This document shows positions 41,436 through 51,246 of a DNA stretch of 64,000 bases, one piece after another. Made by a program: the position numbers and the translations under genes. The DNA is from Gemmatimonadota bacterium (GTDB lineage: Bacteria; Gemmatimonadota; Gemmatimonadetes; Gemmatimonadales; Gemmatimonadaceae). Where the stretch lies: NCBI GenBank assembly GCA_040389905.1, contig JAZJZK010000014.1:224001-288000 (forward strand), written 5' to 3'. Under the pieces are notes generated by a model that was not told the DNA's origin, did no database searches, and saw nothing but the letters and a program-made list of their open reading frames with translations. Positions within the stretch are counted from its first letter, which is position 1. The number at the start of each line of letters is the position of its first letter.

Positions 41436-42641
41436 ATGGATCTCCGCTCTGGGTTGCCGTTCTGGACCGTGAACGATGGCCTCATTCGCACTTACCCACG
41501 CCTGGATGAGGACGTCCGGTGCACCGTCGCGGTAGTTGGTGGCGGCATCACGGGCGCGCTCGTTGGATATCACCTGACCGAGGCCGGCATCGACGCCGTG
41601 GTGCTGGACAAGCGCGAAGTTGGTTGGGGGAGCACGGCTGCGTCCACCGCCCTCCTTCAGTACGAGTTGGATACGACGCTGTCCGATCTGACAGCGCGGC
41701 GTGGTGCGGAGGTCGCCTCACGGGCGTACCTCGCCTGTCGCGATGCGGTGAAACGCCTCGGTGCGATGGCGAACGGCCTTGCCATGCCGACAATGTTCGA
41801 GCAGAAGCAGAGCCTCTACCTCGCCGGCACGGAACGCGACCGAGACGTGTTGCAACGAGAATGCGAACTGCGCCGAGCGATCGGGATCTCAGTCGACTTC
41901 CTCGTCGAATCGGATATCGCCGAACAGTTCCCGTTTCGCCGGCCAGCCGCGTTGCTCTCGGCGGACGCGGCACAGGTGGACGCGTACGCATTGACGCATG
42001 CGCTATTCGACGACGCCACGCGTCGCGGGCTGCGCGTGTTCGACCGGACGAATGTGACACATCTCGATGCGACGAGTGCTGGGGTGGCCCTCACGACCGC
42101 CGACGGCTGCATAGTTCGCGCGCGGTTCCTCGTCTTCGCGACGGGCTACGAGACGCACGACTATCTCGCAACGCCGGTCGCGACGCTGGCCAGCACCTAC
42201 GCAATCGCGAGCGAGCCCCTGCCCTCCATCGACAATTGGGGTCACGACCAGTGCATTATCTGGGAGCATGCGCGGCCCTACCTCTACCTCCGCACAACGT
42301 CCGACCATCGTGTCATCATCGGGGGCGAAGATGAGGCATTCCGTGACGGCGACGCGCGCGATCGTCTGATTCCGGAGAAGGCCGAGCGACTCGTGGAACG
42401 TTTTTCCTCGCTCTTTCCGGATGTGCGGTTCGAGATCGCGTTTGCGTGGGCGGGCACCTTCGGCGAAACGGCCGATGGGCTTGCGTATATCGGCGATCAG
42501 TCCGATTGGCCGAGCACATTTTTCGCGCTCGGTTATGGCGGTAATGGAATCACGTTCAGCCTGCTCGCTGCCGAGATCATCCGCGATGCGATACTCGGGA
42601 AGCGACATGCGGATGCTGAGTTGTTTCGATTTGGGCGATAG
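41436..42641 (+). CDS. FAD-dependent oxidoreductase (DadA/D-amino acid oxidase family)
   Basis: VVGGGITG, GSTAAST, ATGY, WAGTFGET.DGL.YIG, GYGGNG. Confidence 0.88.
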   Translation: MDLRSGLPFWTVNDGLIRTYPRLDEDVRCTVAVVGGGITGALVGYHLTEAGIDAVVLDKREVGWGSTAASTALLQYELDTTLSDLTARRGAEVASRAYLACRDAVKRLGAMANGLAMPTMFEQKQSLYLAGTERDRDVLQRECELRRAIGISVDFLVESDIAEQFPFRRPAALLSADAAQVDAYALTHALFDDATRRGLRVFDRTNVTHLDATSAGVALTTADGCIVRARFLVFATGYETHDYLATPVATLASTYAIASEPLPSIDNWGHDQCIIWEHARPYLYLRTTSDHRVIIGGEDEAFRDGDARDRLIPEKAERLVERFSSLFPDVRFEIAFAWAGTFGETADGLAYIGDQSDWPSTFFALGYGGNGITFSLLAAEIIRDAILGKRHADAELFRFGR

Positions 42642-42696
42642 GTCCGTGCCGCTTGCTCTCGTCTTGCCAGTTCCACGCATTCATCACGGAACTGCA

Positions 42697-42799
42697 ACTG
42701 CCGAGCAGATTTCACGGATTTAACGGAATGTCGGATACAACGAATTGATGTGTGATCCGTTCAAATCGTGCGCATCCGTTAAATCCGCTCCTTGGCAGT
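42697..42799. repeat. Palindromic element with 9-bp periodic arms (CGGATTTAA type)
   Basis: ACTGCCGAGCAGATTTCACGGATTTAACGGA...ATCCGTTAAATCCGCTCCTTGGCAGT between convergent genes. Confidence 0.65.
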
Positions 42800-42821
42800 A
42801 TAGAAGACGGCCGCGGCACTT

Positions 42822-44321
42822 CTACTCGATCGGACTCAACGGCGCCTCAGCTGGCCCGCCGAGTACCAGCCCCTCGGGCGTGAAGCGCGATCCGTGGCAG
42901 GGACAGTCCCATGTCGATTCGGCATTGTTCCAGCGCACGAGGCATCCCAGGTGTGTGCACACCGCACTGACCTTGTAGAGCCTTCCTGTGCTCGTGCGGT
43001 GACACGCGACGCGCTTCCCATCGATCGTGAGGACCTTCCCCTCCCCGCGTGCGACGCACTCGACGTCGTCGTCCGCGACACCGCGCAGACGATCGGCGAC
43101 AAAATGCAGTGGAAGATCGACGTTCTCGGCAGCGAATGTCGCCAGTGCATCGAGCGATGATGCCTTCCTGTTGGGGTCGAACAACTTCGCGAGCGGATGT
43201 TCCACGCCCGTAATGGCATCGCGAATCATGATGCCGGCGAGTGTGCCGAAGGTGAGTCCGTTTCCCGAGTATCCTGTCGCGACGTACTGGTGCTCGTCCG
43301 TCGGTCCGACGAACGGCAGTCCGTCGTCCGTCTCGATCACCTGTCCCGACCATCGACGCTGAATGCGTGCTTTCGGCATCAGCGCCAACAACGCCTCCTC
43401 GAGACGGGCGAAGCGCGCACGCGTATCGCTCTCCTGACCGGTCTTGTGATCCTCTCCACCGAAGATCGCATGTCGCCCGTCGCGATCGTCGTGGACGCGC
43501 AGGAAGTAATACGGATCGGAGCCGTCGGAATACAGGCCCGGCGCGATCGACTCATCGATGAGCGCGTCGACGACGTACGGCGAGTACGGATAGAGCTTCG
43601 TCTGAAGCAGCGTGGCGCTGAGGAGGTTGGTGCTGCCGGTCATCGGAACGTGCGTCGCGATGACGACGTCGTCGCACGCGATGGTTTCTCCATTGACCAC
43701 GACGGCGAGCGGATCCTGCATGACGCTTCCGACCTCGCACATTTCGTGGATGGACGAGCCACTCCCTTCGATCGCGATGGCCAGAACCGCGAGGTACGCC
43801 AGCGGTTGGATGATCGCCTGATCCGCAAACGCGATCGCGGGTTTTCCGGTGACAGGCCCTTGCTCGACGAACCGTGCCTCGAATCCCAGACGCACTGCGA
43901 AGGCGGCGTCTTCCTGGAGCGACGGCGCGTCGTCGCGGCCGCCAAAGAAGGGAGCGCACTGAAAGCCCGGCACGCGATGAAATCCACAGGACGAGCCGGC
44001 CGCGTGTGTCTCGATGAGATCGATTGCGTCGGCGCCACCGTTCCACACCTGCCGCGCGGCGTTCTCCCCGAACTTCTTCGCCATGTCGCGGAGCGAGCGG
44101 TCGGTGACGTACGTCAGGTGTGCCGACGTGTTTCCTGTTTCACCAGAGCCGATGCGCTCGCGTTCGAAAACCGCGACGCGCTTCCCTTGTCGCTTGAGGA
44201 GCAATGCGGCGGTGAGTCCCGTGATCCCGCCGCCGATGACGACGACGTCAACCTGTGTTGGAAGCGGCGTCGCGCCGAAGCGCGGAGTCTCGAGAAGCCG
44301 CCAGAGTGATTGGTCGCTCAT
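42822..44321 (-). CDS. FAD-dependent oxidoreductase with C-terminal Rieske [2Fe-2S] domain (YhfW-like)
   Basis: [27 protein letters not shown]. Confidence 0.92.
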   Translation of the reverse strand: MSDQSLWRLLETPRFGATPLPTQVDVVVIGGGITGLTAALLLKRQGKRVAVFERERIGSGETGNTSAHLTYVTDRSLRDMAKKFGENAARQVWNGGADAIDLIETHAAGSSCGFHRVPGFQCAPFFGGRDDAPSLQEDAAFAVRLGFEARFVEQGPVTGKPAIAFADQAIIQPLAYLAVLAIAIEGSGSSIHEMCEVGSVMQDPLAVVVNGETIACDDVVIATHVPMTGSTNLLSATLLQTKLYPYSPYVVDALIDESIAPGLYSDGSDPYYFLRVHDDRDGRHAIFGGEDHKTGQESDTRARFARLEEALLALMPKARIQRRWSGQVIETDDGLPFVGPTDEHQYVATGYSGNGLTFGTLAGIMIRDAITGVEHPLAKLFDPNRKASSLDALATFAAENVDLPLHFVADRLRGVADDDVECVARGEGKVLTIDGKRVACHRTSTGRLYKVSAVCTHLGCLVRWNNAESTWDCPCHGSRFTPEGLVLGGPAEAPLSPIE

Positions 44322-44415
44322 ATGTCACGGCGTAGAAGGTCTACGCGCGCGACAATGCATAGAGTACGCCCGACAAATCTGGCGCCGTCGTTCGGGCGGA
44401 CTCCAGAAACGACAA

Positions 44416-44443
44416 AGCCAGACGCTTGTTGATGCGTCTGGCT
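44416..44443 (-). terminator. Hairpin downstream of the tRNA cluster
   Basis: 10-bp stem AGCCAGACGC/GCGTCTGGCT followed on the minus strand by TTGTCGTTTCT. Confidence 0.55.
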
Positions 44444-44460
44444 GTGTAATGGCTGATGAG

Positions 44461-44532
44461 AGCCACAGGTCGGGATTGAACCGACGACCGCTCGATTACG
44501 AATCGAGTGCTCTACCACTGAGCTACTGTGGC
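44461..44532 (-). tRNA. tRNA-Thr(CGT)
   Basis: Cloverleaf; anticodon arm CTCGA-TTCGTAA-TCGAG. Confidence 0.95.
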
Positions 44533-44559
44533 GACGTACTGTCGAACAAGAAACCTGCA

Positions 44560-44641
44560 TGCCCTGGCGCGGATTCGAACCGCGACGCCTTGCGGCACCA
44601 CCCCCTCAAGATGGCGTGTCTACCAGTTTCACCACCAGGGC
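44560..44641 (-). tRNA. tRNA-Leu(GAG)
   Basis: Long variable arm; anticodon loop TTGAGGG. Confidence 0.95.
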
Positions 44642-44659
44642 AACGCACCTGCTAACCAA

Positions 44660-44733
44660 CGGGGCCGACGGGGCTCGAACCCGCAACCTCTCGAGTGACA
44701 GTCGAGTGCTCTAACCAGTTGAGCTACGGCCCC
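44660..44733 (-). tRNA. tRNA-Asp(GTC)
   Basis: Anticodon loop CTGTCAC. Confidence 0.95.
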
Positions 44734-44831
44734 TCGAACCAATTGGGGCTCACATGACCTGCTACCGCTTGGAATCCGATGTCCTGCACTGCGAGTCACC
44801 GCAGCTCCGTGCACCTACACCTACAAACTCA

Positions 44832-44904
44832 TAGCCCGTACGGGAGTCGAACCCGTCTCTGCACCGTGAAAGGGTGCCGTCCTAAACCGATAGACGAACG
44901 GGCC
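44832..44904 (-). tRNA. tRNA-Glu(TTC)
   Basis: Anticodon loop CTTTCAC. Confidence 0.95.
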
Positions 44905-44923
44905 GGAAATCACTGAGCGACAA

Positions 44924-44996
44924 TAGCGGTAACGGGATTCGAACCCGTGTTCCAGCCTTGAGAGGGCCGTGTCCTAGTCCCCTAGACGATACCGCC
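44924..44996 (-). tRNA. tRNA-Glu(CTC)
   Basis: Anticodon loop CTCTCAA. Confidence 0.95.
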
Positions 44997-45075
44997 GTGG
45001 TTTTCCGCCTTCGGCGGGGACGCCGTTGACGATACTGCCCAACGCACTGTCAAACATCTTCCAACCCTACCCCGA

Positions 45076-45148
45076 CAGGCCCGGAGGGAATCGAACCCCC
45101 AACCGCCGGTTTTGGAGACCGGTGCTCTACCAATTGAGCTACGGACCT
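45076..45148 (-). tRNA. tRNA-Trp(CCA)
   Basis: Anticodon loop CTCCAAA. Confidence 0.95.
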
Positions 45149-45208
45149 AAACCGTCGAGCAGCGCAATCCGGCACTGCGCCGAACGCGCTGCTCGCCGCC
45201 GAACGAGG

Positions 45209-45283
45209 GGTGGCTGACGGGAATTGAACCCGCAACCCCCGGTGCCACAGACCGGTGCTCTAACCAATTGAGCTACAGCCACC
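45209..45283 (-). tRNA. tRNA-His(GTG)
   Basis: Anticodon loop CTGTGGC, G-1 and C discriminator. Confidence 0.95.
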
Positions 45284-45373
45284 ATGATCTCTGCCTCAAT
45301 ACCGCAGAGAGCTTGGATTGTAATCAGCCGACCCCCGCATATCAACCGCTAGCGACCAGGGCGGACGCGAAAA

Positions 45374-45943
45374 TCAGCTCTTGTTGGCGCGTTCGATGTA
45401 CTCACCCGTGCCCGGATTGACGCGAATCTTGTCGCCAGTGGCCACGAATTCCGGCACGTTCACCGTCACGCCATTCTCGAGCTTGGCTGGCTTGCTGGAC
45501 GCCGTCTTGGTGGCCGTCTTCATCACCGGGTTCGTTTCGACAATCGTCAGCGTCATGCTGTTCGGCAGGCGCACGCCAATGGGTTTCCCGTCGTAGAACT
45601 CCGCCTGGATCTTCATGCCGGGCTGCATCCACGGCGCATTGTCGCCGAGTGCCTCCTCGTCCATTTCGATCTGGTCGTAGTTGGACGAGTTCATGAAATG
45701 ATACGTGCCGCCAGCATCGTACATGTATTCGAGTTCGTGCGTCTCCATGAACGCCGGCTCGATGGAGTCGGCGGCGCGGAAACGATGGTCGAAGCTCGAG
45801 CCAGTCCGGAGACTCTTGAGCTTGGCCTGCACCATGGCGCGGAGATTTCCGGGCGTATGGTGGCGAAACTCGACAACGCGGACGGGCTCGCCTTCGAAGA
45901 CGATGACCATGCCGCGGCGGATTTGCGTGGCTGGAACAGCCAT
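45374..45943 (-). CDS. efp: Translation elongation factor P
   Basis: IRRGMVI, HHTPGNLRA loop, KPAKLENG..VPEF..GDKIRV..GEYIER. Confidence 0.95.
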   Translation of the reverse strand: MAVPATQIRRGMVIVFEGEPVRVVEFRHHTPGNLRAMVQAKLKSLRTGSSFDHRFRAADSIEPAFMETHELEYMYDAGGTYHFMNSSNYDQIEMDEEALGDNAPWMQPGMKIQAEFYDGKPIGVRLPNSMTLTIVETNPVMKTATKTASSKPAKLENGVTVNVPEFVATGDKIRVNPGTGEYIERANKS

Positions 45944-46016
45944 TTGTACACCTACAGTGAACGTAAAGTTAGATAGCCTTGGAACTTAGCCTGTCTCGGG
46001 CGACGGAGCAAGTGAT

Positions 46017-46106
46017 GGGGACAGGGGTCAGGAGTCAGGGGACAGGAACGGCCATGCCCCTCCTATCCGCGGTTCCCTGTCCCCTGTCCCCTGTCACCTG
46101 TCCCCC
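46017..46106. repeat. Heptamer-periodic palindromic element (GGGGACA)n...(TGTCCCC)n
   Basis: GGGGACA GGGGTCA GGAGTCA GGGGACA GGAAC ... GTTCCCTGTCCCCTGTCCCCTGTCACCTGTCCCC. Confidence 0.85.
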
Positions 46107-46808
46107 GAGTAACGGTTCCAACGTCCGCCACACATTCTCCGCCACCATCCGCTCCCCCTCTGGATTCGGATGAATCCCATCCGGTTGGTTCAACGCCTGA
46201 CGGCCGGCGACGCCGTCCAGCAGAAACGGCATCAACACGGCCCCGTGCTCCCTGGCCAGTTCCGGAAACATCGCGTGGAACGCCGGCGTATAGACGGGAC
46301 CGAGGTTGGTCGGGGCCTCCATCTGCGCCAGCACGATCTTCGCCTCGGGCCGATCCCGACGAATTCGAGTCAGGATCTCCCCGATCGTCGCCTTGGTGGC
46401 CTCGACAGGTTGGCCACGCAATCCGTCGTTCGCGCCCGTTTCCACCACGATCACCGCCGCTGGATGCTGCAACACCCAATCGAGACGCCGGAGCAATCCC
46501 GCCGACGTTTCCCCGCTCACACCGGCGTTGATGGTCTGGTATGGAAGCGCGCGAGCGTCGATCTTCCGCTGGAGCAGTTGCGGGTACGCGCTGTCTGGCT
46601 CGAGTCCGAGTCCGGCCGTGAGTGACGTGCCCAGGAACAGCACCGCAGCTTTGTCTCGCACACCCGCCGCACCCGAGTCGCCGATCGCATCAGCCATCAC
46701 CGTCTTCGCCGAATCAGCGGCCGCCGTTCCGCCACGCTTGTCACCGCTGCACGCTGTCGCCAGCACCACGACGGCCAGCATCGTTCCCGCACATCCACAG
46801 AGTCTCAT
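46035..46808 (-). CDS. tesA: SGNH/GDSL arylesterase (TesA-like) lipoprotein
   Basis: GTSLTAG, NAGVSGETS, GANDGLRG, DGIHP; LATAC lipobox. Confidence 0.88.
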   Translation of the reverse strand: MRLCGCAGTMLAVVVLATACSGDKRGGTAAADSAKTVMADAIGDSGAAGVRDKAAVLFLGTSLTAGLGLEPDSAYPQLLQRKIDARALPYQTINAGVSGETSAGLLRRLDWVLQHPAAVIVVETGANDGLRGQPVEATKATIGEILTRIRRDRPEAKIVLAQMEAPTNLGPVYTPAFHAMFPELAREHGAVLMPFLLDGVAGRQALNQPDGIHPNPEGERMVAENVWRTLEPLLGGQVTGDRGQGTADRRGMAVPVP

Positions 46809-47511
46809 GCTTGAAGCTCGTCAGTTGACCAAGGAATACCAGAGCGGCGACCATCGCCTCACTGTACTACGCGACGTCGAATTCACGATTCCTGACGGCG
46901 CATTCGTCGCGATCGTCGGACCATCGGGCAGCGGCAAGACGACATTGCTCGGACTCCTCGCCGGCCTCGATATCGCCACACGCGGCACCGTGATACTCGA
47001 CGGATCCGACATGTCGAAGATGAGCGAGGATCAGCGCGCACGACTGCGTGGAGCGAAAGTTGGGTTCGTGTTCCAGAGCTTTCAACTGATCCCTACGTTG
47101 ACCGCGCTCGAAAATGTTCAGGTTCCCCTCGAGCTCCGCGGCGACGACGGCGCTCCAGCGCGCGCGCGCGAGCTCCTCGCGCGCGTCGGACTCGGCGACC
47201 GCACGCATCATTTTCCGAATCAACTCTCCGGCGGCGAGCAGCAACGTGTCGCCATCGCGCGCGCGTTCAGCAACTCGCCGAAGCTCCTCTTTGCCGACGA
47301 ACCCACCGGCAACCTCGACAGCGACACCGGCGCGCACATCGTCGAGCTGCTCGAAACGCTCAACCGCGAGGCAGGCACGACGATCGTCCTCGTCACGCAT
47401 GACCTCAACCTCGCACGTCGCGCGCAACGCATCATCCGCCTGGCCGACGGCCTCGTCGTCAGCGATGAAGCAACGACGCCGCGGATCGTCGCGGAACCCG
47501 TGATCGCATGA
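46807..47511 (+). CDS. ybbA: ABC transporter ATP-binding protein (YbbA-like)
   Basis: GPSGSGKT, LSGGEQQRVAIARA, FADEPTGNLD. Confidence 0.9.
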   Translation: MLEARQLTKEYQSGDHRLTVLRDVEFTIPDGAFVAIVGPSGSGKTTLLGLLAGLDIATRGTVILDGSDMSKMSEDQRARLRGAKVGFVFQSFQLIPTLTALENVQVPLELRGDDGAPARARELLARVGLGDRTHHFPNQLSGGEQQRVAIARAFSNSPKLLFADEPTGNLDSDTGAHIVELLETLNREAGTTIVLVTHDLNLARRAQRIIRLADGLVVSDEATTPRIVAEPVIA

Positions 47512-50069
47512 AACGATCATCGTACCTGATGGCGCTCGCCTGGCGGGAAAGCCGTACGGCGCGCCGGCGTCTCCTGCTGTACATGTCGTCGATCTCGCTG
47601 GGCGTGGGCGCCCTCGTGGCCATCGACTCCTTCGCCAGCAACACACAGCGATCCGTCCGCGAGCAAGCGAGGGCACTCCTCGGCGGCGACATCGCGTTGT
47701 CGTCGCGCGCCGCGTACACCAAGCCAGTCCAGGCGGCGCTCGATTCGCTGCGCGCCGAAGGCACGGGCGTCGCCGACGTCACGAGTTTCGCGTCGATGGC
47801 GCTCGTGGCGCGCACGGGGATGACGCGGCTCTCGCAGATCCAGGCGGTGACCCCGGGCTATCCCTTCTATGGCGAGATCGTCACCAGTCCTGCAGGGGAA
47901 TGGGCACACCTCCACGATGGCCGCTTTGCGCTCGTCGACCCATCGCTCCTCGTGTCCCTCAACGCGAAGATCGGCGACACGCTGTCGCTCGGCTTCACGA
48001 AGTTCATCATCAGCGGAACGCTCGTCAGCGTGCCCGGTGATGTGGGCGTCAGCACGACGATCGGCCCCCGTGTCTTCATCCCCGCCCGCTACCTCGACGA
48101 GACATCGCTGCTCCTGTTCGGTAGCCGCTCCGATCACAGGACCCTGCTCAAGCTCACCGCGGAGCTTCCGCCGTCGCGCTTCATCTATCGCTTCAAGGAG
48201 CGGCTCGAGAAAGCACAGGTGCGCTACCGCACCGCGGCCGAGACGGAGTTCAATCTCACGCAGGCGGTGGATCAGCTGCGGGACTTTCTCAGCATCATCG
48301 GCCTCGTGGCACTGCTGCTCGGCGGAATCGGTGTCGCCAGTGGCGTGAATGCCTTCGTGATGCGAAAGATCGACACCGTTGCCATCCTCCGGTGTCTCGG
48401 CGCCACGAGTGCGCAGGTGCTGACGATCTACGTCGTACAGGCCGTCGTGATGGGACTCATCGGCGCGGCGTTCGGCGCCGTGCTCGGTGTTGCGCTGCAA
48501 CTCGGCCTTCCGATAGTACTCAAGGACTTCCTGCCCGTGGACGTCGTCGTCTCGATGGAGCCGGTCGCGCTCCTCACGGGCGTCTTCGTCGGCGTGTGGG
48601 TGGCGCTCGTGTTCTCGCTGAACCCGCTCATCGCGCTCCGGAACGTGAGTCCATTGGAGACACTGCGCCGGCAATCGGATGCCGCGGCACTGCGCGGACG
48701 GAAATTCGATCCGATGCGCGTGCTTGTCGCGCTATTGATCGTGTTCAGCGTTGGGGCGCTCGGCGTCGCACGCGCCGAGACCGTCCAGCAGGGGTTGGCG
48801 TTCGCGGGCGCCATCGCCGCCGCAGTAGCGATGCTCTACGGTGCCGCGACACTCCTGAGTCTTTCCGCGCGCAAACTGGTTCGGCCATCGTGGCCATTCG
48901 TTCTGCGGCAGGGCGTGGCCAGTCTGTACCGGCCGGGAAACCAGACGCGCGCCGTGGTCCTCGCCCTGGGTTTTGGCGTGTTCCTCATGAGCACCATCTA
49001 CCAGGTCCAACAAAACCTGCTGCGCACCGTGTCGGTCAAGATGGATGCGTCACGCGCCAATGTGCTCTTCTTTGACGTGCAGGACGATCAGGGTGTGCCA
49101 CTCGATTCGATGATCCGGTCGCGCGGCTATGCCGTGACGCAGAAGACGCCCATCGTCCTCATGAAGATCGTCGCCATCAATTCGCTCGAGGGGGAAAAGC
49201 TTCTCACCGGCGACACGCTGAGCCGAAAGAACCGGCCGCGCGAGCGGTGGGTCCTGCGTCGTGAGTTCCGGTCGACGTATCGTGATTCGCTCATGCCATC
49301 GGAAACCATCAAGACGGGACGCTTCCACGCCGACGGAAGCTCAGCCGACAAGTTGCCGGAGGTATCGCTCGACGCGGACATCGCAAAAAGTCTTCAGGTC
49401 GGGATTCACGATACGATCACGTGGGATGTTCAGGGCATGCGCGTGAAGACGCGCATCACGAGCCTGCGCGATGTGAACTGGACGCGCTTCGAGCCGAATT
49501 TCTTCGCCGTGCTCGAACGCCGCGCCATCGAAAAAGCGCCGAAGCAATTCGTCGTCATGGCCGACGTACGGGGGCCGAATGCGGTCGCGCTTCTGCAACG
49601 CGACGTGGTGACGAAGTACCCGAACATTGCCAGCCTCGATCTCACGCTGGTTCAACAGACCATCGGTCGTGTACTCGACAAGGTGACGACGGCGATCCGC
49701 TTCATGGCGGGCTTGAGCCTTGCGCTCGGAATCCCCGTGCTGTTCAGCGCGGTGAGCGCGACGCGGCGCGAGCGCTTACGTGAGGGAGTTCTCCTGAAGG
49801 TGCTGGGTGCCACGAAGAAGCAGGTTGGACGCGTGATGCTTGCGGAGTACCTGCTGCTCGGCGGCTTGGGGAGCTTTGCCGGTGCGGTACTGAGCGTCGC
49901 GTCGTCATGGGCGCTCCTGCACTACCAATTCGAAATGGAGTTCAGGCCGGCGCTGGTGCCTGCGCTCCTGGTGGCGCTGCTCATGATTTCGATCGCGGTG
50001 GCGATCGGGATGCTCACGGGGAGAGAGGTATTCGCCGAAACGCCGATGGCCGCACTGCGGGAAGCATGA
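47508..50069 (+). CDS. ybbP: ABC transporter permease (YbbP-like)
   Basis: AWRESR, LLGGD, AILRCLGA, R.VNWTRFEPNFF, LKVLGA; ATGA overlap with the ATPase gene. Confidence 0.88.
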   Translation: MKRSSYLMALAWRESRTARRRLLLYMSSISLGVGALVAIDSFASNTQRSVREQARALLGGDIALSSRAAYTKPVQAALDSLRAEGTGVADVTSFASMALVARTGMTRLSQIQAVTPGYPFYGEIVTSPAGEWAHLHDGRFALVDPSLLVSLNAKIGDTLSLGFTKFIISGTLVSVPGDVGVSTTIGPRVFIPARYLDETSLLLFGSRSDHRTLLKLTAELPPSRFIYRFKERLEKAQVRYRTAAETEFNLTQAVDQLRDFLSIIGLVALLLGGIGVASGVNAFVMRKIDTVAILRCLGATSAQVLTIYVVQAVVMGLIGAAFGAVLGVALQLGLPIVLKDFLPVDVVVSMEPVALLTGVFVGVWVALVFSLNPLIALRNVSPLETLRRQSDAAALRGRKFDPMRVLVALLIVFSVGALGVARAETVQQGLAFAGAIAAAVAMLYGAATLLSLSARKLVRPSWPFVLRQGVASLYRPGNQTRAVVLALGFGVFLMSTIYQVQQNLLRTVSVKMDASRANVLFFDVQDDQGVPLDSMIRSRGYAVTQKTPIVLMKIVAINSLEGEKLLTGDTLSRKNRPRERWVLRREFRSTYRDSLMPSETIKTGRFHADGSSADKLPEVSLDADIAKSLQVGIHDTITWDVQGMRVKTRITSLRDVNWTRFEPNFFAVLERRAIEKAPKQFVVMADVRGPNAVALLQRDVVTKYPNIASLDLTLVQQTIGRVLDKVTTAIRFMAGLSLALGIPVLFSAVSATRRERLREGVLLKVLGATKKQVGRVMLAEYLLLGGLGSFAGAVLSVASSWALLHYQFEMEFRPALVPALLVALLMISIAVAIGMLTGREVFAETPMAALREA

Positions 50070-50090
50070 ACTGACGTACTCAGGTACCTC

Positions 50091-50268
50091 GTACAAACAC
50101 TGACGTACGAGGTACCCGGGCTCCTGTACCCTGACTGGCATATTGGCCAAGAAGAGCCATCAGAAAATGGCGTTGGGTCGATGCCATCGAATGTGTCGAT
50201 GGCTCTTCTTGGCTTGGATGCCAGTCCGGGTACCCGGTTCAGGGTACTTCGTACGTATGTGTTTGTAC
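50091..50268. repeat. Long imperfect inverted repeat (about 70-bp arms), GTAC-rich
   Basis: GTACAAACAC..ACGTACGA.GTACCC..GACTGGCAT..GCCAAGAAGAGCCATC mirrored by GATGGCTCTTCTTGGC..ATGCCAGTC..GGGTAC.TCGTACGT..GTGTTTGTAC. Confidence 0.8.
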
Positions 50269-50491
50269 CACGTATGCTCGGACGGTTGCTATTGTCCGCT
50301 AACGCCGGCAGCACAGGCGAGGAACATCCCTGTCGTGAACGCCAGTATCAGGCGCTGCACCGTGGGTGAGAGTTTCGGCATGAATCGAGGGGAACGACAA
50401 GGGTAGGAAATGCGAATCTTGCAGAAAGGACGACGCAAACACCCCGCGCGTCACCTCCATTTCCTACCCACGGCGCGACTGATTGATCCGA

Positions 50492-50875
50492 TCAGATCAG
50501 CCCGTCGCGCCCCGCTGCGATCCACTTCTCCATCGCGCTCAGGAGCAGCGTTTCGTCGACGATTGGCTTGGTGATGTAGTCGTTGAACCCAGCGTTGAGG
50601 TACTTCTCTCGGTCACCGGCCATTGCGTGCGCCGTGAGTGCGATGACGGGGAGACGGCGGAGCTGCTCGTCGGCGCGAATGCGCGCCAGAATCTCGTTGC
50701 CATCCATGCCGGGTAGTGAGATGTCCAGCAGGACCAGGTCCGGCAGGTTTGCGGCGAGCCCAGCAAGCGCATCGATGCCATTCTCGTATTCGACGACGTC
50801 GTAGAGTCCGTCGAGGATCGCTTGAAGGAGCAGGCGATTGTCGGCGTTGTCTTCGACCACTGCGACGGTGTTCAT
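50492..50875 (-). CDS. Single-domain response regulator (DivK-like)
   Basis: VVEDN, LLDISLPGMDG, ALTAHAM.GD, YITKP. Confidence 0.92.
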   Translation of the reverse strand: MNTVAVVEDNADNRLLLQAILDGLYDVVEYENGIDALAGLAANLPDLVLLDISLPGMDGNEILARIRADEQLRRLPVIALTAHAMAGDREKYLNAGFNDYITKPIVDETLLLSAMEKWIAAGRDGLI

Positions 50876-51246
50876 GCGCTCTCCGGTTTGCGTGCGTTCT
50901 CCAACCATGTGCGGACGCGCGGCAACTCATCATCGAGGTTCGCCACGAGGGCAGCAATTCCCTCGAGTGAGCCGGCGCGTGCAATGGCTTCCCCTTCTTC
51001 ACAGATGCGCTGCATACGCAGCGCGCCGAGTTGCGCCGAACTGGACTTCAGCGAGTGCATGGCATTCTCGACGGCACTCACATCATTCGCCGCGAGTCCT
51101 GATCGCGCCGCATCCACGCGCTCGGGCGCAGCGCTCAGGAACAGCGAGATCATCTCGTTCAGCAGCTTGCCCCCACCGAAGCGCTTGAGCCGATCGAGCG
51201 AGGCGCTATCGGTGGACGGGAGTTCGGTTTCGTTGGTGGGTTCCAT
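50872..51246 (-). CDS. Hpt (histidine phosphotransfer) protein
   Basis: MHSLKSSSAQLGA motif; starts MEPTNE, overlapping the ATPase stop. Confidence 0.9.
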   Translation of the reverse strand: MEPTNETELPSTDSASLDRLKRFGGGKLLNEMISLFLSAAPERVDAARSGLAANDVSAVENAMHSLKSSSAQLGALRMQRICEEGEAIARAGSLEGIAALVANLDDELPRVRTWLENARKPESA

